Shown in pieces: positions 1 to 13,340 of a stretch of 64,000 nt of DNA. The DNA lies in contig OX597816.1 of assembly GCA_951406725.2 (NCBI GenBank), positions 172,794,001-172,858,000 on the forward strand, read 5' to 3'. Source of the stretch: Octopus vulgaris. Taxonomy: Eukaryota. A model generated the notes under the pieces. That model was given only the letters and a program-made list of their open reading frames with translations. It had not been told where the DNA came from and did not search any database. Each line of letters starts with the position of its first letter. Position 1 is the first letter of the stretch. The position numbers and the translations under genes were made by a program.

Positions 1-340
1 CGTCTTCAGCCTTTCTTTATAAGACAAATTCTTGAGACCATAACCATGCGGGTAGCCAGCTTCTGGACTCTTTCGAGATGCTGTACGTCTTTGAGGAAAT
101 AAGGAGAAGAGGCTTGAATCCCGTACTCCAATATGGGTCTCACCAGCGTGACATAGAGCGGTAGGAATATGGCTGCTGTGAGCATTCCGAATGACCGTCG
201 AATCAAGAACAGAATTCCGCGTGCTTTGTTGGCAGCATGGACGCACTGGGCCGAAGGCGAAAAGGAGGAATCCACCAAGATACCCAGATCGGTCCTCTCC
301 AGCAGCAGACGACCCGGCTCGAAATCAAGTTGAGTTGCAT
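1..340 (-). mobile_element. CR1/L2-group LINE reverse-transcriptase C-terminal fragment
   Basis: DLGILVD...ANKARGILFLIRRSF...YVTLVRPILEYG...LERVQKLATRMV is the typical post-RT thumb region of CR1-like LINEs. It runs off the window edge. Confidence 0.8.
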
Positions 341-734
341 GTGTATACTGAGGTCTAATTAACAATATTTAATTAAAACTATGCCCATCAAAATAAATTT
401 GTGACTTTGAGCCTTTATTAGAATCAAAGAATTCGGAGTTTGGAAACGAACTGGTAGGAGAGCTATATCAGTTGGTAAGATGCTTTTTGCGATATTTATT
501 GCTGCCTTTGAGTTCTGTTGTCAGTTTCCGTCAAAATCGACTTTCATCTTCCAGACTACCCTTTTATTCGTTTCAGTCATCGGCCGGCGGCCATGCCTGG
601 GCATATTGTGGCTGATGTTATCCACCCCAGTGCTTATTTTCAACTCTGGTATTTGCTTCTCTATTTGCCAGAAAAATGATTCTTGAAACGATGTCTACAT
701 TCCACATAAAAACAGGCTTAGTGACTTGAGCACG

Positions 735-790
<56 letters not shown>

Positions 791-1043
791 AGATGGGCTT
801 CTACATAGTTTACGCCAACGAAATTCACTCACGTCGTATTGATAGGTTGCGTATGTATGTATGGATGTATACATGTATACATATATGTTGTTATGTATGT
901 ATATATAAATGTATGTATGTATGTATGCATGTATGCATGTATATATAAATATATGTATGTATGCATGCATGTATGTATGAATGTATGAATGTATGTATGT
1001 ATGCATGTATGTATATATGTGTGCATATATATACATGTACATG

Positions 1044-1104
<61 letters not shown>

Positions 1105-1559
1105 TTTCCTCACGTGATCATCTTTTTTTTCTTGCACGGACAATCAAAAGACTGGACGTGTGTTTTTGTCTCTCTTCTATCTTTTCTTTTTCCAAGGAAA
1201 ATATTTCTTCCAGCGTTCACTATTTTCCTCTCGTTCTGGTTTTAAGACCCTCCACGTCTGCACTGTCCTATTTTGTTCCCAACTTTGACCCTCCATAAAT
1301 CCTAAATTTTATTTTAGAATTTATGGAAGAAACTGTCTTTGAAAACTTATTGTTGTTGAATGCTCGAAATAAGGAGTAGATAGAAAGCCAACAACTGATG
1401 AATGGTCCTTTCTCTGTGTTTACTTATCCTGTTTTCCAGGTTTTTCTCTCTCGTTGTTTACGTATTTAACTCGTTTTTTTTACGTATTTCATGTAGTTTG
1501 CACCGTTGGTGACGTCCTGTACCCATATAGGCATATTATTATTATTATTATTATTATTA

Positions 1560-1616
<57 letters not shown>

Positions 1617-1743
1617 GTTGTTGTTGTTGTTGTTATTATTATTATTATTATTGTTATTATTATTATTATTATTATTATTGTTGTTGTTGTTGTTGTTGTT
1701 GTTATTATTATTATCATTATTATTATTATTATTATCATCATCA

Positions 1744-1779
<36 letters not shown>

Positions 1780-2758
1780 GTATTATATATACATATACAT
1801 ACATTCATATATACATACATATACACATACGCACACACACACATATATATATAGAGAGAGAGAGATAGTAATGAAAAGAAAAAGAGAGAGGATGTAGTGA
1901 GGGAGTTTAGAAAATAAACTTGTCTTCTATTTACTCACAGAAATAACTCTAACATTATGCTCCTCTGTCTTGTGTATCATCATCCCCGTCATCTGAATAA
2001 TTGTTGTTACAATCATCTTCATCATCATCATCATCATCATCACCACCACTACCATAGTCATCATCATATCTGATATCATCATCACAATCTACATCATCTT
2101 CATAATTATTGCTGCAGTTATCGCCATCATCATTAACATTTTCATCCCAAACATCATCAGAAATAGCTCAGGCCGAGATTTCATCCTTTCACCGTCACCC
2201 TTTCCCAACTCCACACAATGCTACTCAATTCTCTTCATAATTCCTCTCATAATTCTCACCACCACCACCACCACCACCACCACCACAACCACCACTTACT
2301 ATCTCCACCAGTCGCCATATTAGTCCCTTGTGGTGGTCGCTGCTCTGAATCTGATGGCTATTCGTCACGCCCAGCTAAACCATGTCAAACTGACGTATCG
2401 CGTTACATTCGGCCATTATAGAGGACAACATTTTCCACAGACGACTTCCGGTCACAACACTTTTTATTTCCGTCATTGATTCAAACATTTATTGCTATCG
2501 GTTTTTTGTTTTCATAATTACACACACACACGCACACACACACACACACATACACACACATATACATATATGTGTGTGTACATATATATATATAAATATA
2601 TATATATACGTACATATATATATGTACGTATTTATATGTACATATATATACGTATATGTATATATGCATGTATATATGTATGTATATATGTATGTATATA
2701 TGTATATATGTATATATGCATGTATATATGTATGTATCTATATATCTATGTATGTGTG

Positions 2759-2797
<39 letters not shown>

Positions 2798-2946
2798 GTA
2801 CACACATATATATACGTATATATATATATATATATATATACTTATATGTATATATGTATGTATCTATATATCTATGTATATGTGTGTGTGTGTGTGTACA
2901 TATGTATATAGGTATATATAGGCATATATATAAATGTGTATGTATA

Positions 2947-3093
2947 GGTGCAGGAGTGGCTATGTGGTAAGTAGCTTGTGTACCAACCACATGGTTCCGA
3001 GTTGCACCTTGGGCAAATGACTTCCACTATAGTCTCGGGCCGACCAAAGCCTTGTGAGTGGATTTGGTAGACGGAAACTGAAAGAAGCCCGTC

Positions 3094-3130
<37 letters not shown>

Positions 3131-3345
3131 CATACATACATACGTGTGTTTGTGTGTGTTTGTGCTTATCCCCCCTCCCCATCGCTTGACAACCGATATG
3201 TTTACGTTCCCGTAAATTAGTGGTTCGGTAAAAGAGACCTATAGAATAAGAACTAGGCTTACAAAGAATAAGTCCTGGGGTCCATTTGACTGCATGACTG
3301 CAATCAAATGACTGAAACAAATACAAGAATAAAGCAATAAAAGAA
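2947..3345 (+). mobile_element. tRNA-derived SINE, family A
   Basis: Head ggtgcaggagtggctatgtggtaag (A box), accttgggcaa CORE-like motif, internal (TA)n/(TG)n, and tail caaatgactgaaacaa..aaagaat. More than 10 similar copies occur in the window. Confidence 0.85.
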
Positions 3346-4159
3346 TATGTGTGTATATGTGCGTATAGATATGTGTGTTGGGTTTGTTCGTTATTGCTGC
3401 TGTTGTAGTCGATAATATTCTTCTTGATACTAATGTTGTTATTATTAATAGTGTTTTATTCCGCGCTGTTATTATTGTAGATATTATTGTAGCTTTATCG
3501 TTGTTATTATTTATATTGCTACTATAAATGTTTTACTACTGATGTTTTTTTTTTTATTTTGTTTTCCACTCGTTTTCAGTGTTATTGTTACTGAAGTCAT
3601 TACTCGTGTTATTTTTGTTGATTTGCTTTTACACCTGTAATTGTTATCGACGTTTCGTTGTCGTTGTCGTTGTCGTCGTTGCTGTTGTTGTTGTTGTCAT
3701 TATGGTCGTCGTTGTTGTTGTCTTTCCTTCTGCAGGTGACTGCATGGTCGATATCATTTATAATTATTGCAATAGTTTTTTTCTTCGTATTCTTTTTGTT
3801 CCTCTGATTGCTGCCGTTATATTTTAGTTTCTGTCCATACGGTTTCACTTTGCTTTTGTCTCCGTGTATACTGTTACTGTGGCTGCTGCTGTTGCTGTTG
3901 TGATCGTTACAGATTGTGGTGAAGATGTAATGGTGTAAGGCACTGATTTCTTTTTGAACGTGCAAACAGTATTTCATCCTCGTCTTTATAACTAATTACA
4001 TACCTAATCCCACTGAAAATGTATCGTCCTGTGTGTATATTATAAATTAACACACGTCGTTGCCGCCGCAGTCGTCGTCTTCATCCTTTTTCTCTGCCTG
4101 GAAGGGCAGGCTGCCTTTATTTGCCAGGTGGCCATGGCGAAAGCGGTTGTATGGTGGTC

Positions 4160-4415
4160 ATCTCTTGTGAAAGGTAGGAGAGTCCAGTTTGCTGGACATT
4201 GTTGTAGGGCTGAAAAAGAGGTAATTTCTACTCTTCTCCTCTGGAAGCCATCTACTCGCTATACCAGAGGGCGCACACTCTCCTACCCTGATGTAATCTC
4301 CAGGGATACAGGCATCTAGCAACAGGACCTCCGTAATGCCATGATGGACCGTGAAGTCTGGCTTAGCATGGTAAATTCCATTGTCTCGACCACGGTCGAA
4401 CAATGATGATGATGA
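4160..4415 (+). mobile_element. RTE-clade LINE 3' end
   Basis: VKGRRVQFAGHCCR...LLLWKP...AMMDREVW...* followed by a (TGA)n tail. Confidence 0.7.
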
Positions 4416-5059
4416 TGGTGGACGAGACTAAAGGAGCTGAAGGCAATCACTTTTCTATTTGGCAAATCCCTGATCAACTTCTTCAAGTTTCACTTGAAAA
4501 CGAAAATAAGGGTAGAGAAGGAAGCGTTGTCTTCTTGCCAGTTTGCTGAATGGTGGATGAGAGTGGCGAGAATGGTACGAGTGAACGGGCGAGCCCTAAG
4601 CATACGCCTGTAATTGGAGAAAAGGAAAGGAACAGAGGAAGCTGTCCCAAAAGTCAGGGTACCCATGGTTTTTATGGGTTTTTTTCACGAGCAGCCCTCA
4701 AACGCCTGTTCCCTATTGAGGATTACACATAGCTGATTTTTTTTCATTATGTTGATATTGTCTACACACAAAACCCTCACAACAACACAAATTCAAACAT
4801 ACACACACTCTTTGTTTTGTTCTGTAGGTAGTTAATAAAGAAATCATCTAATCATCATCATTATTAATTTGCACGCCGGACGAAATGCCTGGCAGCATTT
4901 CGTCCGTCTGCATTCTGGGTTCTAATTCCGCCGAGGTCGACTTAGCCTTTCATCTCTCGGGATCGATAAAATAAGTACCAGTGAAGCACTGAGACCGATA
5001 TCATGACCACATTGATACTCCCGCTACTTGGATTATACCATCACCGCAGAGTAAGTAAA

Positions 5060-5400
5060 AGGCGTAACATGACTGTATGAATAACAAGTCTGCTTTGGAA
5101 AAACGAAGTCCCGGGTTCGATCCCACCAAGCAGCATGTTAAACTCGTATCGCTTACTATAGTCTCGGATCAAGCCAAGTCTTGTGAGTAGAATTAGGAAG
5201 AGGGAAACTGTAAGGAAGCCCGCCGAGATGGAGTGTTCTGCAATTCAAATGTCCATCCAGTTTTATCACATTGTATCATGCTGATTCTGCCTGAGAATTA
5301 CGTTCATGGAACTTGTGTCTGTGGAATACTCAGCCAGATGCATACTAGTTCAATGGTTAGGTAGTTCGGTTGACTGAATCCTAGTGGACGAAATCGACAG
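5060..5400 (+). mobile_element. Old chimeric SINE (family-A-like 5' half, family-C-like 3' tail)
   Basis: gggttcgatccc B box and actatagtctcgga..cttgtgagtag..ggaaactg..gaagcccg (A-like), then gagaattacgtt..gtgtctgtggaatactcagcca (C-like). Confidence 0.55.
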
Positions 5401-5876
5401 AGATCCATTGACCATCACCATACACACATCACTACATATAGCCTGTCATACATACATACATACATACATACATGCATGCATGCATGCATGCATACATACA
5501 TACATACATTCATACATACATACATGCATACATACATACATACATACATGCATACATACATACATACATACATGCATGCATGCATACATACATGCATACA
5601 TACATACATACATACATACATACATGCATACATACATACATACATACATACATACATGCATACATACATACATACATACATACATGCATGCATGCATACA
5701 TACATACATACATACATACATACTCACATACATGCATGCATACATACATTCATACATACATACATACATACATACATACATACATACATACATACATACA
5801 TACATCACCAGAGAATCCATCGCTATACATCTCCATTCACAAATATATCACAGTACAGAAACCAGTATCACAAATA

Positions 5877-6619
5877 CGAGCTTTATTCAAAAAAAGGATC
5901 CGACTTCATTTTTTCCCCGCCAAAACTAATGTCACGTAAGCAAAATCCTCTGGATGGGAGGGGACACTACCCTTCTTGAGCATATTGCATTACGTTTTCC
6001 CAAAAGCTGGGTGATGCTCAAACTCAAACATCCAGAAGATTCACCAGACCTTTCGTGATGATGTCATTGGCAAAACTCAGATCAAAGTGTGATCCAAGCG
6101 CTTCAAATATGGCCACACCTCAGTGAATAAGGACGCGCGCTTAGGCAGGCCCTCCACAATCGGAAACGAGGAGCCGATTGAAAAGGCTCGGAGAATAGTG
6201 ATGGAAGACAGTCGAGTAACAATCTAGGAAACAGCTCGTGAACTGGGAATAAAAATAGGATCATTGTATTCCATTTTAACAGAATATTTGTGCATGCAAC
6301 TTAGCATGGAAATCGTTCAGGACAGGAGCAAACCACGACCCAGACTTCAATGAAATCGTCATCACTGGCGATGAAACATGGGTCTACGATCTCTGGCCAA
6401 TGTGACCGCTCATTTTACGTGACAAAGAAAATTGGACAAGCGTATACTACATGTTTGTACTCTAGTTGTAACATACGGGAACTGATGCAGCCTACCGGTG
6501 CGAAACTTTTCACACACGCACAGTAAGGTTGGCATCACTTATCACCCGAGAGATTTTGCCCTCACAGCATTAGTTTTGGAAGGAACAAATAAAGCCGGAT
6601 ACTTTTCGGACGCACCTCG
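5877..6619 (+). mobile_element. Internally deleted mariner element (defective transposase)
   Basis: Degenerate TIRs ta|cgagctttattcaaaaaaaggatccgactt and aagccggatacttttcggacgcacctcg|ta. Interrupted HTH (KRFKYGHTSV..DAR.GRPST) and ITGDETWVY motif. Confidence 0.75.
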
Positions 6620-6639
6620 TATATCACCATGCATATATA

Positions 6640-7499
6640 AAGGGTGCGCTGAATAAACTGTCGTCTAAATTACGCAAAAATGAAAATAGCACTGACATCT
6701 CATTTTAACAGATATATTTACCAAAATTACATAAACATATCTTGAAATACTAAAGAGGAAAATTATTCATTAATATCGCCACGGCCTCCAGACGACTTCC
6801 AAATCTCCTGCAACTCTTCTGGATAGTCTCCTTGCTTAAGTTGGTGAATGCTGCCATAATTCTTACCTTCAGTTCATCTTTGGTGTTACGAGGAATTTTG
6901 TTGGCCTCTCACTCAACTGCGCTCCCCCACGCATAATAGTCAAGGGGGTTGCAGTCTGGGAGTTTGGCGGCCAAATGTTAGATGTGATGTGGTTGCAAAA
7001 AATTGTCTGACAGCCATGACTGGGTTCTGTTTGTGTGGCATGGAGCAGAGTCCTGTTGCCAGACATAGGGTCTTCCAGCAGCCACCCTCTTGATCCAGGG
7101 CAGCACTACCTCCTCCAGGCACTTGATGTAGGCCTCCATGTTGAGTCTGAGGCCGTGTGGGAAGATGAATGGAGGCATAGCGTCGCCATCACTAGTGATC
7201 ACTTTAAACACTATGATGTTGACTGGATGTTTGATTTTTATCACTCTCGGTACACGTTCTCAGAATGCACTGTCCTCACATCCAAACACTGAAATATTCG
7301 TATTGGAGCTTCCAGCGCGAATACCAAGCATGTCGTTTCCAAATTTATAGCAGAGTGAACTACGTCATGGTACTGTTTTTCTCACAGACGGTGTCCAACT
7401 GACCCTACTATACTGTGTAGTCGACAAAATCAAAAATAAACAACGCCCATGCGCGAAATTGTAAATATAAAATGGCGATAATTTACCCATAGCACTCTG
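6640..7499 (-). mobile_element. Internally deleted Tc1/mariner element, DD37D (maT)-like
   Basis: Frameshifted PPFIFPHGLRLN...YVWQQDSAPCHT...IWPPNS(P)DCNPLDY. Degenerate ~28-bp TIRs (aagggtgcgctgaataaactgtcg / cgataatttacccatagcactctg) flanked by TA. Confidence 0.75.
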
Positions 7500-7580
7500 T
7501 ATATATTCATTTATTTTTTTTACCTGTTTCAGTCATTTGACTGCGGCCATGCTGGAGCACCGCCTTAATGTGTGTGTGTA

Positions 7581-7632
<52 letters not shown>

Positions 7633-7653
7633 CATATATATATATATATATCG

Positions 7654-7692
<39 letters not shown>

Positions 7693-7772
7693 TACTCACA
7701 TACTCACACACAGAGACAAGCACACAATATCATACACTAATAGCTATACAAACACCTTAACCATCAGTACCA

Positions 7773-7837
<65 letters not shown>

Positions 7838-8310
7838 TACATATATACATATATCGTTATCATTATGCATATACCATAATCACTGTTGCATACACACATA
7901 CTATCAACACACGAACGCAATATCTTTTCCAAACACCGTCACCACCAACACCGCTACCTCTTAATAAATATCACGTTATCATTGCACACTATCACATACA
8001 TATAACATGCGTGCACGCTTGCACACACACACACACGCACACACACACACACACATCCATCCCACTCACTTTGCTTCACAGCAACAAGTAAATCACATTT
8101 AATGGCAACACATCATACTATTCCCAACTGCTTACCTTGTATGACCATGTCACACTACTGCTCTCACATGCCATCTCTCTCTCTCTGTCTCTGTCTCTCT
8201 CTATGTCTCCCCCGTACATCCATCCATCCATCCATCCATCCATCCATCCATCCATCCATCCATCCATACATACATACACACATACATACATACATACATA
8301 CATACATACA

Positions 8311-8344
<34 letters not shown>

Positions 8345-8375
8345 CATACATACATACATATATATATATACATAC

Positions 8376-8428
<53 letters not shown>

Positions 8429-8647
8429 TATTGTAATTTCTTTCCACTGTTTTCCCCCTCTCTCCCTACCGCTCTCTCTCTCTCTCCCTCTCACTCTCTC
8501 CTCGCTCTCACTCTCTTTCTGTCTGTCCGTCTGTCTGTCTCTCCCCCTCTCACCTTTAAATCACATTTCATGGCAGCCCGTCATACAATTCCCAATTGCT
8601 TACTTTCTTTGACTACATCACACTATTGCTCTTACACGCCATCTCTT

Positions 8648-8714
<67 letters not shown>

Positions 8715-9028
8715 AACACACACATTCTCTCTCTCTCTCTCTTTCATCCATCCCCTCTCTTTCTCTAACTCTCTCTTTCACTGTCTTTCTCTCCCCTCCT
8801 CCTCTCCATATGTGTATGTGTGCATGTTTGTATGTATATAAAATATTTTGTGAACATGGTTGACAATACATCCTCAGCGCATACCTGCACATTGTCTATG
8901 CAGAGTATGTTGACAGCAAGATGGACAAGTGGAACGCGCACCTTTCACAAGAAGGACAGAACAGATGCTCCATTTCGATCAGACGGAACCTTTGGAAGGA
9001 ACAACGGTTAGGCGATATATGCGTTCGC

Positions 9029-9266
9029 ATATATAGCCAAGGCGGCGAGCTGGCAGAGTCGTTAGCACGCCGGGCGAAATGCGTAGCCGTATTTCGTCTG
9101 CCGCTACGTTGTGAGTTCAAATTCCGCCGAGGTCGACTTTACCTTTCATCCTTTCGGGGTCGATTAAATAAGTACCAGTTACGCACTGGGGTCGATGTAA
9201 TCGACTTAATCCGTTTGTTTGTCCTCTCTGCGTTTAGCCCCTTGTGGGTAGTAAAGAAATAGATAT
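9029..9266 (+). mobile_element. tRNA-derived SINE, family B, with 11-bp TSD
   Basis: ggcggcgagctggcaga head, gagttcaaattcc B box, and central gccgaggtcgacttt.cctttcatcctttcggggtcga domain. TSD tatgcgttcgc at 9018-9028 and 9267-9277. Confidence 0.88.
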
Positions 9267-9556
9267 TATGCGTTCGCTATCAAGGTCCGACTTTCATTGA
9301 GAGCTTCCTCTCAGCCCGCTTCCTCGTAGCCCGCTTCCTTTCAGCTCGCATTCTCTCGGCCCGTTTTCCATCAGATCATATGGACCTGCATCTCAATGTA
9401 TACAATCCAGCCACATGTTCGCTGTCGTCGGTGCTCAGTAACGCACATGTTACGCCTCGAAGGTGACTACGAGCCTACTATGTTTGTATTGTGTATACAT
9501 TGTGTTCCACTGAGGCTTTTCCTCTCATCCATATTGCATAGACATCTACAATATTA

Positions 9557-9727
9557 GGCGCAGGAGTGGCTGTGTGGTAAGTAGCTTGTTTACCAACCAC
9601 ATGGTTCCGGGTTCATTCCCACTGTGTAGCATCTTGGGCAAGTGTCTTCTGCTATAGCCCCGGGTCGACCAAAACCTTGTGAGTGGATTTGGTAGACGGA
9701 AACTGAAAGAAGCCTGTCGTATATATG

Positions 9728-9760
<33 letters not shown>

Positions 9761-9965
9761 TTGTCCCTCTAGCATTGCTTGACAACCGATGCTGGTTTGT
9801 TTACGTCCCCGTCACTTAGCGGTTCGGCAAAAGAGACCGATAGAATAAGTACTGGGCTTACAAAAAGAATAAGTCCCGAGGTCAATTTGCTCGACTACAG
9901 GCGGTGCTCCAGCATGGCCGCAGTCAAATGACTGAAACAAGTAAAAGAGTAAAAGAGTAAAAGAA
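9557..9965 (+). mobile_element. SINE family A, full length
   Basis: Near-identical to the copies at 35180, 45128 and 53062, with a (gtaaaaga)n tail. Confidence 0.9.
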
Positions 9966-10573
9966 TAATATAGCTGAGGGGTAAATGTGTCCTCAGATAT
10001 ATCGTATGATGCATCTGAGGATGTATCACAGACGCGTGCCTGAGGTCTGAAAGTTTGACAGTCAGTTAGTTGCAAGAGAAGTAGTCTAGAACAGTTGGAT
10101 GTAGGGAAGAGGAGTTTTGTATCTTTTCACTAGGAATACATTTGTCTATGTCTAACGGGAAGGGAATAGCACAATATGACCTTTAGCACTCTAAGTGAAT
10201 TGAAGTTGGTTCATTGTGGGGACAAAAACAGCCCTGGCATGTCAGCAGCTTATATCTTGCTATACTGCGCTCTCAACCTTTTTAACTATATATCAATCGC
10301 ACCAATCTCGCATACCTTCCCGCTCTTCCATTTAGAATGAGGTACATGCGCCATGGGATTAATGGCAATGTCCTTCCAGCACGGACGCTACGATAAAATG
10401 GATGATAATCTTTATAATTGTTTACTCTGTATTCTTTCATTTTTACCTGTTTGTTTTTGTTTATGTTAAAATACGTGTAAGAAGGGGAGAGCAAGAGAAA
10501 AGAGAGAGAGTAAGAAAAAGAGAAATAAAAGGTAAAGGAAAGGCTAAGTAAGGAAATACAGAGAGATGTGGGA

Positions 10574-10610
<37 letters not shown>

Positions 10611-10986
10611 AAGAGAGAGATGTATGGAAAGATAGAAAGAAGAAAACGAACATAAGCATAATAATCAAGAATGGAAGGAAGAAAAATCGATTGATCAATA
10701 GACAGATTGATAGACTGATTGATAACGAAAAAGAAAGTTAACTAGTTTGTTAAGTGCATATAAACATACATATATGTGTGTTAATATGCACTTACGCATA
10801 TATGTGCTCATGTATGCGTAAATGTGTAAGTATGTATGTGCATATACATACTATATGTGTGTGTGTGCGTGTGTGTGTGGATATGTGTGCGTGTGTCTGC
10901 GCGCGCTTGTGAAAGTCTACACACAAACATACATAGTTGAGGGACACAAAGTAACAAATAAACATAAGACAGGAAAAATATAGATT

Positions 10987-11030
<44 letters not shown>

Positions 11031-11557
11031 GGGAGGGAGAGAAAGAAAGAGAGAGAGAAAGAGAAAGAGAAAGCGAGAGAGAGAAGCAGGAAAGGGGAAG
11101 ATGCGATGAGAGAATAAATAAAATAGCAGAGGAAAGAGAGGGTGTGAAAGAGAGGGACTCAAAATGTAAGAGAGTAGAAAAGAGTAGATCAGAGAAAATA
11201 AACATACATTAGGATTTAAGTGGCTCTAATAATTTATATTCTTCGTGATTATTTTAATTTCGATGGAATATTCATGATTATTAGGAGTTATTTCTAGATT
11301 GCACAGCGTTCAGTTCCCAGTTGGTTATGTCGCAATGGCGGCTGCCTTACTGCAATTGGTCAGCAAATTCTCTGGCGGGAAATTTACGAGTGTCGTCTGA
11401 CTTTTCCATTTCTTTACTGACCGCCACTACCTTTGCTTGTCACATTATGTGATTTTGATTTTTTGTCTCTGTTTAGCGTGTCTGCGAGCATACATACATA
11501 CATACATACATACATACATACATACATACATCCATACATACATACATACATACAGAC

Positions 11558-11634
<77 letters not shown>

Positions 11635-11772
11635 AATATAAGAAAGTGTCCACTATGTGGTCGACTCTTGCGCTAAAAATAGATCCGCTATGGTCTCAAC
11701 CACCAAGAATTGTTTCCAAGGAGAATTAGCACAACTACGAACGTAAATGAGCAGGACAATATACACATGCAA

Positions 11773-11836
<64 letters not shown>

Positions 11837-11889
11837 ATACATAATGTGTTCAAATATGTGTATGCATGTGTGTGCGCTTGCATGAGTTG

Positions 11890-12960
11890 TGTGTAGTCTT
11901 CGCATGTTCCGAGTGTAAGTATGTTGGTATTGTCGTAAATAAATCACTAGCTCAGAGGCAAGTCTCATATCTTGTGAGCAAATGAGAATGGTGCAATTAG
12001 GGTTGTATTTTCAGCAGTGATAAATCAATACTTGAGGTGGCATTGCTTCGGTTTTGAACTACTTCTAGTGTAGTTAGAAGTTGAGCGTGGATGTTACGTA
12101 TTAGTGGTATATATCTGAAAAGGTAAATACACTTTTCGGATCTTTTCGGTTTGAACGGCAGATTTTAACATAATTTCTAGGTAACTAAAAAATTTAAAAC
12201 TTCGTATACTGGTAGAATGTGTTTATAAAACATCTTTTTCTCTTGGCTTTATTGAGAAAATTCTATAGTTTGTAAGATATTTGTAGTTTTTTTTTCTTCT
12301 TCTGCCATTTCAACCAATCACTGACGTCAATTGAGGTAAAAAAGCATACTGTGCCGTATGAATATGTCCCTCGTTTAAGAAACAGATTGGGTTTATTTAC
12401 ATTTGTGAAGAAAAAAGATACCCTTCCCCCACCCCTAACCCTAACCTTAACTAACGCTAACCGTAAAAGAGATTGAAATGCAATAGATCGATACGGGTGA
12501 CAATTTCATATGACACCGCTAGAAGAAACTGCCGTTCAAACTGAAAAGATCCCACTTTTCGTAGTGTTTTGAACAGTATTGCTATCATAATATGACTTCC
12601 TTCATTAATGTAAAACTGTCATGCATATTGTCTATTAGATGCATTCATGAACTAAAATCCTTGTTTGGTTTTAAACTGAATCAGGTTTTAGATTTTTAAA
12701 TCAATGTATCGCTGCTTTGTCGAATGTGATTGAGACTAGAGTTGTCTGTACGTTCGGTTTTTGAAAGAGTTTATCCTGTCCAGTAAGATGATTTGCTGCT
12801 GGGGAACTGTTGTTGGTGTTTTAAGTGACTCTGACCTGATGGTGTCTTTTGTGGCCGACGTCTGTCTCGTGTTATAGCCAAATATGTTATATTCTTACAA
12901 TTTTAGAGATGTCACAAGATTAGTAGGATGTGTTTAGACTGTTTAATGGATGTTAGTATG
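11890..12960 (-). mobile_element. Highly decayed Penelope-like element remnant (interrupted by a MITE)
   Basis: Fragmentary minus-strand peptides resemble the PLE linker and GIY-YIG region. A hammerhead-like motif lies just 5' of it on the same strand. Boundaries are approximate. Confidence 0.35.
12138..12552. mobile_element. 415-bp MITE with 8-bp TSD, Merlin-like
   Basis: TIRs ggatcttttcggtttgaacggcag / ctgccgttcaaactgaaaagatcc (23/24 match) and exact TSD cacttttc at 12130-12137 and 12553-12560. GG termini with an 8-bp TSD fit the Merlin superfamily. Confidence 0.88.
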
Positions 12961-13162
12961 AATAATTGTCTCTGTGTGTATGTGTGTGTATGTATGTCAA
13001 TACATGTATACACATTCATGCTACAAATACGCACAAACACGTTTATATGTATCTATGTAATTATACACAGTGAGAATTTACAAAAACAACAACAAAAATA
13101 CGAAGACGGGTGTGTAAACAACAAACAGATGTATTAGTTTAACGCTCGGGAAGTGAGAAAGT

Positions 13163-13198
13163 CTTTTACGTTTCGAGCCTACGCTCTTCGACAGAAAG
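13163..13198 (-). ncRNA. Minimal type-I hammerhead-ribozyme-like motif (PLE-associated, core variant)
   Basis: Minus strand reads cttt-CTGTCGA-A-GAGC-GTAG-GCTC-GAAA-C-GTA-aaag: 4-bp stem I, 4-bp stem II with tetraloop, palindromic ACGT stem III and GUA triplet. One core change (CUGUCGA versus CUGANGA). Confidence 0.55.
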
Positions 13199-13307
13199 TA
13201 ACACAGAAACAAACAGGGAGAGCAAATAAATAAGGTTTAGTGGCTAGTGATCTATCATGGCGAATTATACATGCATACATACATACATACATACATACAT
13301 ACATACA

Positions 13308-13340
<33 letters not shown>

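Noticed and set aside
1340-1535. CGAAA...CTGATGA arrangement, with a related repeat at 34181-34335
   Set aside because: Probably a dispersed repeat (possibly pLTR-derived), but I could not build consistent hammerhead helices.
8860-9010. DNTSSAH motif suggesting a Tc1 fragment, plus nearby ~15-bp degenerate tandem units at 9300-9375
   Set aside because: Too short and degenerate to support a call.
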